DNA of 64,000 bases, taken from positions 2,739 through 66,738 of the forward strand of contig ONNZ01000001.1 of NCBI GenBank assembly GCA_900319345.1, given 5' to 3'. The position numbers and the translations under genes are program-made. Source of the DNA: an uncultured Eubacteriales bacterium. Its GTDB lineage: Bacteria > Bacillota > Clostridia > Christensenellales > CAG-138. This document shows positions 31,926 through 40,867 of the stretch, one piece after another (the stretch's first letter is position 1; every line of letters begins with the position of its first letter). Below the pieces are notes generated by a model. The model was not told the DNA's origin, did no database searches, and saw only the letters and a list, made by a program, of their open reading frames with translations.

Positions 31926-32707
31926 GCTTGATTCTCCTCTGATCTAGCAAATTGAATCAGGCTGTTGATCTTGATATCGATGTTCTTGATCACAAATCGT
32001 TTCACATACTCATCTGCAGGATGGTTGATGATATTGTGCGGCGTGTCAAGTTGATGGATCACTCCCGCATCCATGACCATGATGCGGTCAGACAGGGCAA
32101 ATGCCTCTTCCTGATCGTGGGTTATATAGATCATCGTTGTACCAAAACGCTTTTGGAGTTCCTTAAGCTCAGCCCTGAGACTCAGCCTGGTATCTACATC
32201 CAGGGCTGACATGGGCTCATCAAAGAGGATTACATCGGGATTTAGGGCAAGCGTTCTTGCAATGGCAACACGCTGCTGTTGTCCTCCAGATAACTGACGA
32301 GGTTTTTTATCAAGATGGTCACTCAGGCCAACCAATTCTAGCATTTCTTTTGCTTTTATTCGCGCCGACTCACGGGTAAAAGATTCTTTCATCCCTTTAC
32401 TCTTCAACAATGCGTACTCAACGTTCCGTAGAACCGACATGTTTTCAAAGAGAGCATAGTTTTGAAAGACGATACCCATCTTCCTCTGTGCAGCCGGAAT
32501 GTTGGTGATATTGATGCCGTCCTTCAGGATTTCCCCGCTATCCGCTGTTTCAAGGCCGATCAAAATGCGCAGGATAGTGGTCTTTCCGCATCCAGAGGGG
32601 CCAAGAATGGATAAGAATTCTCCATCTTGTACGCTAAAGGTGACGCTATGAAGAACACCTGCTTGTCCAAAGGCTTTTGAAAGATTATTGACTACCAGTT
32701 TTTCCAT
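31922..32707 (-). CDS. ABC transporter ATP-binding protein
   Basis: 261 aa from ATG 32707 (MEKLVVNNLSKAF). Walker A GPSGCGKTT, signature LSGGQQQRVAIAR, Walker B ILFDEP. There is no TOBE-type C-terminal domain. Confidence 0.92.
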   Translation of the reverse strand: MEKLVVNNLSKAFGQAGVLHSVTFSVQDGEFLSILGPSGCGKTTILRILIGLETADSGEILKDGINITNIPAAQRKMGIVFQNYALFENMSVLRNVEYALLKSKGMKESFTRESARIKAKEMLELVGLSDHLDKKPRQLSGGQQQRVAIARTLALNPDVILFDEPMSALDVDTRLSLRAELKELQKRFGTTMIYITHDQEEAFALSDRIMVMDAGVIHQLDTPHNIINHPADEYVKRFVIKNIDIKINSLIQFARSEENQA

Positions 32708-32814
32708 TCTTGTCCCCCATTGATGAAAAATATCCTTCGCTGTTCCGCACTTCACATTCAGCCTTATATTTGGAAGCGATGCAGCGCTTGGATCGAAGCA
32801 ACTGATCCATGATC

Positions 32815-32854
32815 GTAAAAAGAAGAATAGGGAGGAAAGCCATCCCTTCCTCCC
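32815..32854 (-). terminator. intra-operon stem-loop/attenuator between the binding-protein and ATPase genes
   Basis: On the minus strand: GGGAGGAA...TTCCTCCC (8-bp arms), followed by TATTCTTCTTTTT. It sits in the 164-nt gap after the binding-protein stop. Confidence 0.5.
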
Positions 32855-32871
32855 CTTTGGCTCAGATAGGA

Positions 32872-33909
32872 CTAATACTCCCAATTCTCCAACAGACGGA
32901 TTTTCTCTTCTGTCGTGTTGTTGGACATATCGGCATAATGGATATTGGTCGGATAATTCTGGATCTCAAAGGTTTTGTACTTGTATATCTGCTCTGGATA
33001 AAAGAGTTCCTTATCTTCAGGAACAAGGGTCGTGTAAAAGAAATCAAACACTTCTCTCACCGCCTTGCGATTCTGCTTCCCCTCTGGCATTGCAATACCA
33101 TATAGAGAGAACGGGGAACCTTCCTCAAAGAAAACGATCTTCAGATTTGCCCCGTCGTTAATCGCCGTAACAGCCTGAGCAGTCATGCCAAGGCCAATAG
33201 CCGCTTCACCCTGTACAAGGGCGTTGACCGGGCCAGAGCCGGAAGACGTAAACTGAAGAACATTCTCTGCAAGCGCACCAAAGTATTCAAACGCCTTATC
33301 CTCGCCCCAAGCGTTTACAAGGCTTTTGACGAACATATAACCAGTACCAGAAGACTTAGGGCTCGGCATGGAGACCAGACCTTTGTATTCCGGCTTGATC
33401 AAATCGGCATAGCAGGTAGGCTCAGCCAGTCCTTTAGCTGCCAATACATCGGGATTGAGGATGATCGCTCCACCGTTGCGGGTTTCGCAAAGATACTTAT
33501 TGCTCACCACTCGGCAGTCGTCCATATAGATGGATTGATCATAGTCGGACACATCAGCAAGATATTGTTCCACAAGACCAGCATAGCTGTAATCCAAATC
33601 ATAAAACAGATCCATATCCGTATCGGTGCCTTCGGCAGCCAGTTTTGCCGCAAGATTGCCAGTAGGCATATACTCGATAGAGATATCGTACTCAGGGAAC
33701 TGTTCCTTTAGACGCTTCATAAAATACTCATTGCGATACTCTTCCGCACCGGAGTAGATAACAACTCGGTTACTGCTGTCATCCAATTTTGAAGCGTTCT
33801 CTGGAGCAGTCGATTTTGCTTCCGCCGATGTCTTGTTGTCCGCAGGAGTGCAGACGACAAGGCTGAAAAGAGACAGTACGATGATCAATACTGCGATCGC
33901 TTTTTTCAT
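32872..33909 (-). CDS. ABC transporter substrate-binding lipoprotein (PotD/ThiB/PhnS-like family 1 SBP)
   Basis: 345 aa. The lipobox is in MKKAIAVLIIVLSLFSLVVC. The body is a typical type-II periplasmic-binding fold. GGAAGG RBS upstream. Confidence 0.85.
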   Translation of the reverse strand: MKKAIAVLIIVLSLFSLVVCTPADNKTSAEAKSTAPENASKLDDSSNRVVIYSGAEEYRNEYFMKRLKEQFPEYDISIEYMPTGNLAAKLAAEGTDTDMDLFYDLDYSYAGLVEQYLADVSDYDQSIYMDDCRVVSNKYLCETRNGGAIILNPDVLAAKGLAEPTCYADLIKPEYKGLVSMPSPKSSGTGYMFVKSLVNAWGEDKAFEYFGALAENVLQFTSSGSGPVNALVQGEAAIGLGMTAQAVTAINDGANLKIVFFEEGSPFSLYGIAMPEGKQNRKAVREVFDFFYTTLVPEDKELFYPEQIYKYKTFEIQNYPTNIHYADMSNNTTEEKIRLLENWEY

Positions 33910-33935
33910 AATGATTATTCCTTCCCATTCGTTGT

Positions 33936-33980
33936 GTTCAATAACAAAAATAATATACGCAATTATTGAACGATTGTCAA
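33936..33980 (-). promoter_or_regulatory. consensus promoter of the ABC operon with an overlapping 9-bp inverted repeat (candidate operator)
   Basis: On the minus strand: TTGACA (33980-33975), 17 nt spacer, TATATT (33957-33952). The inverted-repeat arms GTTCAATAA / TTATTGAAC (33971-33963 and 33944-33936) lie in the spacer and just downstream of the -10 box. Confidence 0.6.
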
Positions 33981-34004
33981 GGGAAATTCAGAATATATGT
34001 GATA

Positions 34005-34041
34005 GCGTCAAAGCAATAATACACAATCATTGCTTTGACGC
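34005..34041 (-). terminator. stem-loop downstream of the LicC-like gene
   Basis: gcgtcaaagcaat / attgctttgacgc form 13-bp arms with an 11-nt loop. The T-tract is weak. Confidence 0.45.
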
Positions 34042-34198
34042 CTGTTATTAGCTCATGTCATGCTTGGCAAATCTGTCGACCCAACCTTTACATAAAAGCA
34101 CTGTGGGCTGTTTTGAATACGAAGCGCCCTGCATGTTCAACGCGACACTATTTGATTTACTATTATGAACACATGGTTATGTTTTGTGAAACGACTGG

Positions 34199-35098
34199 TT
34201 ATACATCATATGTCTTGTCAACGGCTTTCAATTCGTTGAATGTATCAATTTCAATGATGTCTTCAGCAAAACATTCCCGAATCTCAACTTGATAATGTTC
34301 TTTCTTATATACGAGTGGAACCTGCTCCCAGTACCTTTCTCTTCCTCCCGGGCTTTGGAACACGTCCTGTATATCCTGACTCAATCGCTGACCATCCGCC
34401 GTATTCCAATAGCTGATACCGATCAGCTGCCAAATATCGTTTCCTTCGCCTCCAACCTTTTCCTCCACAATAGTGCCATCTTTCACGCGCACGCACCAAT
34501 CATCTGTTCTTTGTTTCTTTATTCCGAGAAAATTTGAAGAATAATGATATTTCTTTATGATCGTCGGGTTGGAAATCAATAGATCAGCTTCAAATACATA
34601 TGCGTTTGAAAGCATATACCTGGTTACCAACGCCGAACTGATGTTGTTGGCTTCATTGTAGATTGGATTCTCTAGAAACTTGATCATAGGGTACTTATAA
34701 AGAAGCTGATCAAACAGTTCTCCCAAGTAGCCACGGACAATGTATATTTCATCGATCCCCGCCTGTAAACAAGCATCTATAAGACGGTCGATAATGCGAA
34801 TGCCATGTACGCGAACAAGCGGCTTTGGTGTATTGAATGTGATCGGCACAAGACGTGTACCAAAACCAGCTGCAACAAAGATAGCTCGCTTTACACGATA
34901 CGGTTCTAGAGCATTTAGTCCGGCATGAGTGATGGCTCCATCCACTACAAAACCGGCTTCCGTTAATTCCTTCATGACACGGTTGATCGTGCCGAGACTA
35001 TGTCCCGTCTGTTTTTCCAAATCTCGCTGTGTCAATGCTTTTGGATTGCTTGCCATGATTTGTAGCACATCGAATTGTTTTCTGGTTAGATTCATCAT
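34199..35098 (-). CDS. winged-helix DNA-binding domain fused to a LicC-like nucleotidyl(cytidylyl)transferase
   Basis: 299 aa. Residues 1-65 (LTRKQFDVLQIMASNPKALTQRDLEKQTGHSLGTINRVMKELTEAGFV) form a MarR/wHTH-like domain. The remainder (AIFVAAGFGTRLVPITFNTPKPLVRV...IIEIDTFNELKAVD) is collinear with pneumococcal LicC as I remember it. Confidence 0.8.
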   Translation of the reverse strand: MMNLTRKQFDVLQIMASNPKALTQRDLEKQTGHSLGTINRVMKELTEAGFVVDGAITHAGLNALEPYRVKRAIFVAAGFGTRLVPITFNTPKPLVRVHGIRIIDRLIDACLQAGIDEIYIVRGYLGELFDQLLYKYPMIKFLENPIYNEANNISSALVTRYMLSNAYVFEADLLISNPTIIKKYHYSSNFLGIKKQRTDDWCVRVKDGTIVEEKVGGEGNDIWQLIGISYWNTADGQRLSQDIQDVFQSPGGRERYWEQVPLVYKKEHYQVEIRECFAEDIIEIDTFNELKAVDKTYDV

Positions 35099-35222
35099 TT
35101 TCCCTCAATGGTTTTATCTATGGACAATTAGCTTTCTCGAATTCGTTTTATCTCAACAATAGTCAGAAAAGCAAAAACACCTTTGCGTCCCTTAACTATT
35201 TAAGCTTGCCCCCCGCTGGAGC

Positions 35223-36104
35223 TTAGCATTCAGTTTGCAGTTGTAAATACCGCCTCCAGGGCATCTTTGCGTCAAAAGCTACGATCTCATGCTCCGAAGC
35301 CCCTTTTATGGGGGTTCGCCAATCGCCGTAAACCCTTGTCAGCACTTCGTCGTATGCAGCAGGGCAATTGATGGTCGTATTCTCAAAAGGCATCTCAACA
35401 CAATTCTCAAACCATTCCGTGTCCCACATAGCATTTGCACCATGGCACTTTACCGATGATTCTCCAACCACATTTGTCCTGGTATCTCCCCAGGCACAAG
35501 CATGAAGGTACTCTTCTTTAAGCTTTACGATGTCGAAATCTTCCCCCATCGTCTCATAATACTTCAGGAAAGAAGGTATATATTTACTATATGCGGCGTT
35601 TCTTTTGCCGGTTCTCCTCTCATACTGATATGCATCATGGCCTCGGATCACTTCCCACAGCCACAATACCTTCTCTTTCTGTTTTTGCCTCTCCTCAATT
35701 GACTCAGGCACATAGAAAAGAGGGAAAATATCGATAAATACCCCACGATCATACTCAGGGCCAATATTCTCCTGTTCCCACCTTGTAAATCCGGTCGTAT
35801 CGCTCCTTCTCAACCTACATGTGCCTGGCAATGCTTCCGCATCAGTATAAATGCATTGAAAAAAATAAGGATATTCGCATTCTCTCGGTGCAACTTCCAT
35901 CAGCTTTTGATAGTCAGGCCATAATAAAGCAAGATCAATATCATCGTCCCAGGGAATAAACCCTTTGTGTCGAACCGCTCCTAACAGTGTGCCTGCATCA
36001 GCATAGTACATTATATTATACTTTTTACAAACAGATATGAATTTTTCAAGAAGATCAAGCTCTACTTTCTGTATTTCTTGAAGATACGCCTCGCTCATAT
36101 TCAC
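35223..36104 (-). CDS. LicD-family phosphotransferase (paralog 1)
   Basis: 293 aa. LLGAVRHKGFIPWDDDIDLAL is the LicD signature. Confidence 0.88.
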   Translation of the reverse strand: MNMSEAYLQEIQKVELDLLEKFISVCKKYNIMYYADAGTLLGAVRHKGFIPWDDDIDLALLWPDYQKLMEVAPRECEYPYFFQCIYTDAEALPGTCRLRRSDTTGFTRWEQENIGPEYDRGVFIDIFPLFYVPESIEERQKQKEKVLWLWEVIRGHDAYQYERRTGKRNAAYSKYIPSFLKYYETMGEDFDIVKLKEEYLHACAWGDTRTNVVGESSVKCHGANAMWDTEWFENCVEMPFENTTINCPAAYDEVLTRVYGDWRTPIKGASEHEIVAFDAKMPWRRYLQLQTEC

Positions 36105-36350
36105 ACCTCATGATAATAGTTCAGCTGCAGACATTAACGAATTCAGCCGTACTCCTGATTTGCCATACCAAAACCCGATTTCCTGTCAAATGCCTTTTAC
36201 CTTAGCAAACCAGGGTATATTTGTATGGATATGATACCACAAGGTAAAGAATCTGTAAAGGATCTCTTGCGTCACCGATACGATACTTCACCTTCTTCGC
36301 TGTATTCGGATGCTTTGCTTGAATATCTTGTCACATGTCGTCTTGTTATT

Positions 36351-36665
36351 TCATCGCGAGAGAATATACGGATCTGACTGATATTTCAGCTGCATATCCT
36401 TAAAGCAGTTTTGCTCCGGCTTATGAAGATACTCGTATACGTCAGCGGCATCCGATACGGTAAACCGGCGAAGGCGTAAGCGTTCCGTTTCAATAGCAGC
36501 TTGTTCTCTGACTATCTTTTCAAAACGCTGATATGTCTTTCCGTCTCTGACCACTTCTTCAAGCCACATCGAAGCAGGCCTGCACCACAACCCGCCATCA
36601 CCGTAAAGGGCCTTATATACAACCATCGGTTCCTCAGTTTCCGAATGCTTAGAGATGCCGATCAC
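36351..36665 (-). pseudogene. gene fragment: 5'-truncated DUF1653 domain joined to the first ~30 residues of a RimJ/GNAT-type acetyltransferase
   Basis: SKHSETEEPMVVYKALYGDGGLWCRPASMW is the DUF1653 core lacking its N-terminus. ETERLRLRRFTVSDAADVYEY is a GNAT N-terminal motif, and then the frame ends. Confidence 0.55.
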
Positions 36666-37553
36666 TTCATACTCATTCCCCTTGAAATGACGATACCTAC
36701 CGGGAAGGATAGTTCTGATTGCTTCTTCGTAAGGATCATGTCCCCGGCATACCGTTCATTTTTCAGGATGCCCTGCACCGTGGTTTCCGTCCATTTGCAA
36801 TTTCTGGGGGAAGGGATATCCAGCGCGTTCAGTTTAACCACAATCGCCGGAAGCGGAGTGCCTTCCCGGTAAAGGTTGAAGATCGACCGGACGATTTCGC
36901 CTTCATTGGGCTCGATCACTGCCTCGCCCTGCTCGTTAAGCCGGTAGCCGTAAAGAGCTGACCAGCGGCTCTGGCCCATCTCATATCGTTTGCGGATACC
37001 CCATTTCAGGTTCTCCGAAATGTTCCGGCTTTCTTCCTGCGCAAAAGCCGAAAGGATGGTCAGTAGCATTTCACCTGAAGCCGTTGCCGTGTCGATCTGC
37101 TCTTTCTCGAAGTAAACATTGACTCCGATCTTCTTCAAATCATCTACGCACTTCAGGCAGTCAAGTGTATTCCGGGCGAACCGGCTGATGCTCTTTGTGA
37201 TGATTGTATCGAGTTTTCCATCCTGGGCGTCCTGAAGCATACGCCGGAACTCTTTTCTCTTTTTCATCGAAGTTCCCGTGATACCCTCGTCCGCGTAGAT
37301 ACCCGCCAGCTTCCAGCCGGGTGTTCTTTCAATTTTCTGCCTGAAGCCTATCATCTGAGGTTCGTCAGTTCTGTCCCAATTATCGACGGTCTGCGGTGAT
37401 GGTACCGGCATAGACGACATAGAATTTATCTCTATTTAATCCAAATACATCAAACAGTGTGTTCTTCTCTCTCTCAACTGGCACAGTCTTCTCAGTATCA
37501 ATCCAATTCCTGACTACATGGACCTTTGCCTTAATGACTGTAACCTTTGGCAT
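36662..37553 (-). mobile_element. degenerate large serine recombinase gene (frameshifted near the catalytic-Ser motif, C-terminal ~half deleted): remnant of an integrative element
   Basis: Track ORF 36662..37420 carries the resolvase-domain blocks GIYADEGITGTSMKKRKEFRRML, ITKSISRFARNT, MLLTILSAFAQEESRNISEN and the start of the recombinase domain. A separate frame from ATG 37553 (MPKVTVIKAK...KFYVVYAGTITADRR*) looks like the original N-terminus. No intact R-V-S motif is present. Confidence 0.7.
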
Positions 37554-38029
37554 GTGCATATAACTCCTTCGTCAACGTATTTCTGTTTTGGAGAACAAAT
37601 CTCCATATGAAAATACCACTTGTTAGCTAAAAAAGCCCACAGGACAGCCAGTATGGTCTGACCAATTATTGCCAACATACCCGGCCATATGGGTTCTAAT
37701 CTCTTGCACAAGAAGCAAATGAGGATATAAATGAGCCCATCAGCCATGCATGCTGCTAGCATCTGACTGTAAGCTAATTCAGATATGCGAGAATATGATA
37801 CTAAAAACGCATCGAATGTCCTTCCGAAGAAAATATATAATAGCACATATAGAACGAACACATACAGCCGCGCGTTGCGAGCGAACAAAGCTGCTGTGTG
37901 GTTTGCATAATAAAGGTTCCAACACAATGCAAACGGTAATGTTATCAAGCATACAGCCAGCAGTTCGACGATCCGCAAGCTGACATCATGTTTTAAGCTC
38001 CGCATCAGTCTTCTCTCTCCAATTCCCAA
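37514..38029 (-). pseudogene. N-terminal membrane portion of a polyprenyl-phosphate glycosyl-1-phosphate transferase (priming PGT), truncated before the catalytic domain
   Basis: About 150 aa with four TM helices, including FGRTFDAFLVSYSRISELAYSQMLAACMADGLIY. This is typical of the N-terminus of large EPS/CPS sugar transferases. The frame then runs into the recombinase 5' end and stops. No Bac_transf catalytic domain follows. Confidence 0.5.
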
Positions 38030-38188
38030 CTGGAATCACGCACATAACAGATTCCATGATTTTGTCACGCCTTCGGCATTCAAAACGAAGCATTCGCTTT
38101 GATTGGCCGTTTTCTTTCTGTCAGCCGAGTGGTTTCGGGGCGGCTATGGCCGCGCACCGTCCGTTGCGGCGTCCTGTCCTGCGACCGG

Positions 38189-38869
38189 TCATACAAGTCC
38201 CTTCAACCAGTCGTTTGTCCGTTTCATGATGGCTTCCCAATCGTCGGCGTATCGCGCCCGACAGGTGATCCAATCTTCATAACCCGTTTCGGTACCGTGG
38301 ATATCGCTGCCTACAGCCACGATGAGGTCTTCTCGGATCCATCTGTGAAGATGACCCATTCCAAAGATTCTCTTCAGGTGATCTGCGTTGACCTGTCCAA
38401 AGACTCGATCCATATGGAACAGGTTCTCCACATCTTTGCGATCATAGCGATCCACATGGGCCAGCACGATGTGGAAGTCGTCGTCCTCTGAGAGGGCTTC
38501 CACCGAATCCAGCAATCCCTCCGACCAATGATGGAAAGGCATTTCCAGCAGTAGCACTTTTGTACCCTGAAGCCGAAGTTCTTTCAGATCCGGAAGGCGT
38601 TCGATGCCCTCAAAAGCCAGCACCTCCGCGCCCAAAAGGACCTGAGGGCTGTTTTGCGGTGCATGGGACATGAGCTCTTGATAACAGCGCTGTCGCTTCT
38701 CTACAAAGCTCTCCACGCTTATCTGGTGCCCATAGAAATGGGACGTGGCGCATACGATCCTCACCCCAGCTGCCCGAGCCAGCCTCAGCTGCCGCCGGGA
38801 GGTCTCCCATTCATCGCTGCCGTGATCGCAGCCGGGCAGGATATGGGCATGAAAATCAATCTCCATCAT
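38189..38869 (-). CDS. cpsB: CpsB/CapC-type PHP-domain protein-tyrosine phosphatase
   Basis: 226 aa. MMEIDFHAHILPGCDHGS, ATSHF, LAHVDRY and VGSDIHG are the PHP metal-ligand motifs. Confidence 0.85.
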   Translation of the reverse strand: MMEIDFHAHILPGCDHGSDEWETSRRQLRLARAAGVRIVCATSHFYGHQISVESFVEKRQRCYQELMSHAPQNSPQVLLGAEVLAFEGIERLPDLKELRLQGTKVLLLEMPFHHWSEGLLDSVEALSEDDDFHIVLAHVDRYDRKDVENLFHMDRVFGQVNADHLKRIFGMGHLHRWIREDLIVAVGSDIHGTETGYEDWITCRARYADDWEAIMKRTNDWLKGLV

Positions 38870-38885
38870 CTTTTATATCCGTCCC

Positions 38886-39701
38886 TTACTTGCCTCTCTC
38901 GTATCCATATTTATAGCCGTACTTATAGCCATATTTATAGCCGTACTTGTATCCGTACTTGCCGCCTTGCTTCAGGCTGATATCGTTGATGACCACGCCG
39001 CAGATCCGAGCCCCGGCGCTGACCAATGCTCCCTCCGCATCTGCCAGCTCCCGCTGTTTCGTATGCCCCGAACGTACCACCAGCACCATGCCGTCCACCA
39101 GCCGGGATACGATCTGTGCATCAGCTACCTCGTTGATGGGGGGCAAGTCGATGATGATATAGGCATACTGCTTGCGGAATCTGTCGATCTCAGTTTGAAA
39201 CGCAGCTGAAGCCAGCATCTCCGATGGGTTGGGCGGGATCTTGCCCACGGGAAGGATGGATAGAGGGATCCCCTCCACACCGAAGACATTGCACACATCC
39301 ATGTTGGCCAGCAGGTCGCTGAGGCCGTTCTTGGTGTGGATGCGCCAAAGCCGGGCCACATTGGGCTTGCGCATGTCGCAGTCGATGAGGAGCGTGGGCT
39401 TGCCCAGCATGGCGAAGGCGATGGCGATGTTGCTGGCGGTCAGGCTCTTGCCCTCGGCGGGGTTGGGGCTGGTCACACCGAAGACGCGGCACTCGGATTC
39501 GCCCTGGGAGGCCACGCTGTACATCAAGTTGGTCCTGAGCTGGATATAGGACTCCCGGATGGCGAAGGCGCTTTTCCGGGTCAGCAGTTTTTTCCGGTTC
39601 TCCCGGATCGCTTCCCGATCGCTCTCCACCCGCTTGGCGGGCTTTTTCCGGTTCGTTACGGCGGGGACCGCCTCCGTGGGTCTCTTTTCTTTAGTTTCCA
39701 T
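38886..39701 (-). CDS. cpsD: CpsD/CapB-type bacterial tyrosine kinase (BY-kinase)
   Basis: 271 aa. Walker A SPNPAEGKS, Walker A' LIDCDMRKP, Walker B IIIDLPP, and a C-terminal Tyr cluster KYGYKYGYKYGYKYGYKYGYERGK. Confidence 0.9.
   Translation of the reverse strand: METKEKRPTEAVPAVTNRKKPAKRVESDREAIRENRKKLLTRKSAFAIRESYIQLRTNLMYSVASQGESECRVFGVTSPNPAEGKSLTASNIAIAFAMLGKPTLLIDCDMRKPNVARLWRIHTKNGLSDLLANMDVCNVFGVEGIPLSILPVGKIPPNPSEMLASAAFQTEIDRFRKQYAYIIIDLPPINEVADAQIVSRLVDGMVLVVRSGHTKQRELADAEGALVSAGARICGVVINDISLKQGGKYGYKYGYKYGYKYGYKYGYERGK
38901..38960. repeat. 5 x 12-bp imperfect tandem repeat encoding the (KYGY)n tyrosine cluster of the kinase
   Basis: gtatccatattt atagccgtactt atagccatattt atagccgtactt gtatccgtactt. 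Confidence 0.9.
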
Positions 39702-40536
39702 GAGTGATCTCCTCCTTTACGGACACGTTCCAGGGCTCCGGAGCTTCGCCGGCCACCTCCACATGGGGGATGTTTCCAATGACGGGACAGCTGGTCACCT
39801 TGGCGATCTCCTCTGCGGAATAGATGGTGGTGTCCAACAGGGCCCTGAGCACGAAGAAGGCCGCGGAAGCCACCAAGCCCGCCAGCAAGCCGATGGCCAC
39901 ATTTTTGGTCAAGCTGGGGCTGGAATGGGTCCTGGGTACGGTCGCGTAGTCCACGACTTCCACACCGCCTGCCTTGGTGATGCGCGTGATCTCGTCGGGG
40001 ACATACCGGGCGAAGGTGTTGGCGATATCGGCGGACAGCTGAGGGTTCACGGTCACCACCTTGATCTCCAGCAGCTTGGTGCCGGTGGGCACGTTCACAG
40101 AGGTAGCCCTGCTGATCATGGAGGCTGTAACGTTGAAGTTCACATATTCCGGGTGCTCCTGGTTCATGCGCTCCGCCACCACTGCAAGGGCCGTGTTGCT
40201 CTTGACGATGGTCTGGTATGTTTTGATCAGATTGTCTGCCGCAGAAAGCTCAGCGCTGGTGATGGCCCCGGACTCGGAGCTCTTGGGGTTCGTATATACA
40301 TATAGGGAAGCGGTGGCCAAATACTTCTTGGTGATAAAGAAGGCGGTCACCACGCCCGTCAAAATGGCAGCCACCAGGCCAACGACGACGATGGGTATCC
40401 ATTTGCTGAGGATCACCTGAAGGATCTCCATCAGGTCGATCTCGGTATCATCATAGGTACGCTTTGCTGTTTCCAATGTTGCTTCTTCCTTTCCGAAAAA
40501 CTTCTCTGCTGCGGCATACACATACCTTCTGCCCAC
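39691..40536 (-). CDS. cpsC: Wzz/CpsC-type chain-length determinant (kinase transmembrane activator)
   Basis: TEIDLMEILQVILSKWIPIVVVGLVAAIL..., a periplasmic-type loop, and a second TM IGLLAGLVASAAFFVL. It overlaps cpsD by 11 nt. The track start is GTG 40536; TTG 40476 behind GGAAAGGAAG is an alternative. Confidence 0.85.
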   Translation of the reverse strand: MGRRYVYAAAEKFFGKEEATLETAKRTYDDTEIDLMEILQVILSKWIPIVVVGLVAAILTGVVTAFFITKKYLATASLYVYTNPKSSESGAITSAELSAADNLIKTYQTIVKSNTALAVVAERMNQEHPEYVNFNVTASMISRATSVNVPTGTKLLEIKVVTVNPQLSADIANTFARYVPDEITRITKAGGVEVVDYATVPRTHSSPSLTKNVAIGLLAGLVASAAFFVLRALLDTTIYSAEEIAKVTSCPVIGNIPHVEVAGEAPEPWNVSVKEEITHGN

Positions 40537-40712
40537 ACGGACATAAATATAGAGTTTATAATTTTCTACATAGAATCGTACGATAAGTCAACACATGGGC
40601 GTCATTCAAAATAAATATACAGAATAAGATATATTTGTAATCAAAACATTTGTCCCGTTCTTCTTAGATACTCGGCATCTACGATGCATTTCTTTCTTTT
40701 TCTCCCCCTTCC

Positions 40713-40741
40713 TTGACTACGGACGAAGAATTGACTATAAT
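40713..40741 (+). promoter_or_regulatory. consensus promoter of the divergent glycosidase-LCP-PCP unit
   Basis: TTGACT (40713-40718), 17 nt spacer, TATAAT (40736-40741), followed by a leader of about 120 nt. Confidence 0.55.
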
Positions 40742-40867
40742 ACATAAAAGTAGGTATAGTATGATTTTTATCACGGAAGGTCGGATCGTTGCGGATCACC
40801 ATCTGGCTGCAATGGAGGATGGATCGCGATCCCCGTTCATGACCGAAATATGTAATCGGAGGTATCC

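Noticed and set aside
40742-40867. The roughly 120-nt leader of the glycosidase-LCP-PCP unit, with several GGATCG/GCGATCC self-complementary segments, considered as a c-di-GMP or other riboswitch controlling EPS genes.
   Set aside because: I could not align it to the conserved cores of GEMM-I/II or any other riboswitch class I remember. It may just be a structured leader. A covariance-model scan (Rfam/Infernal) would settle it.
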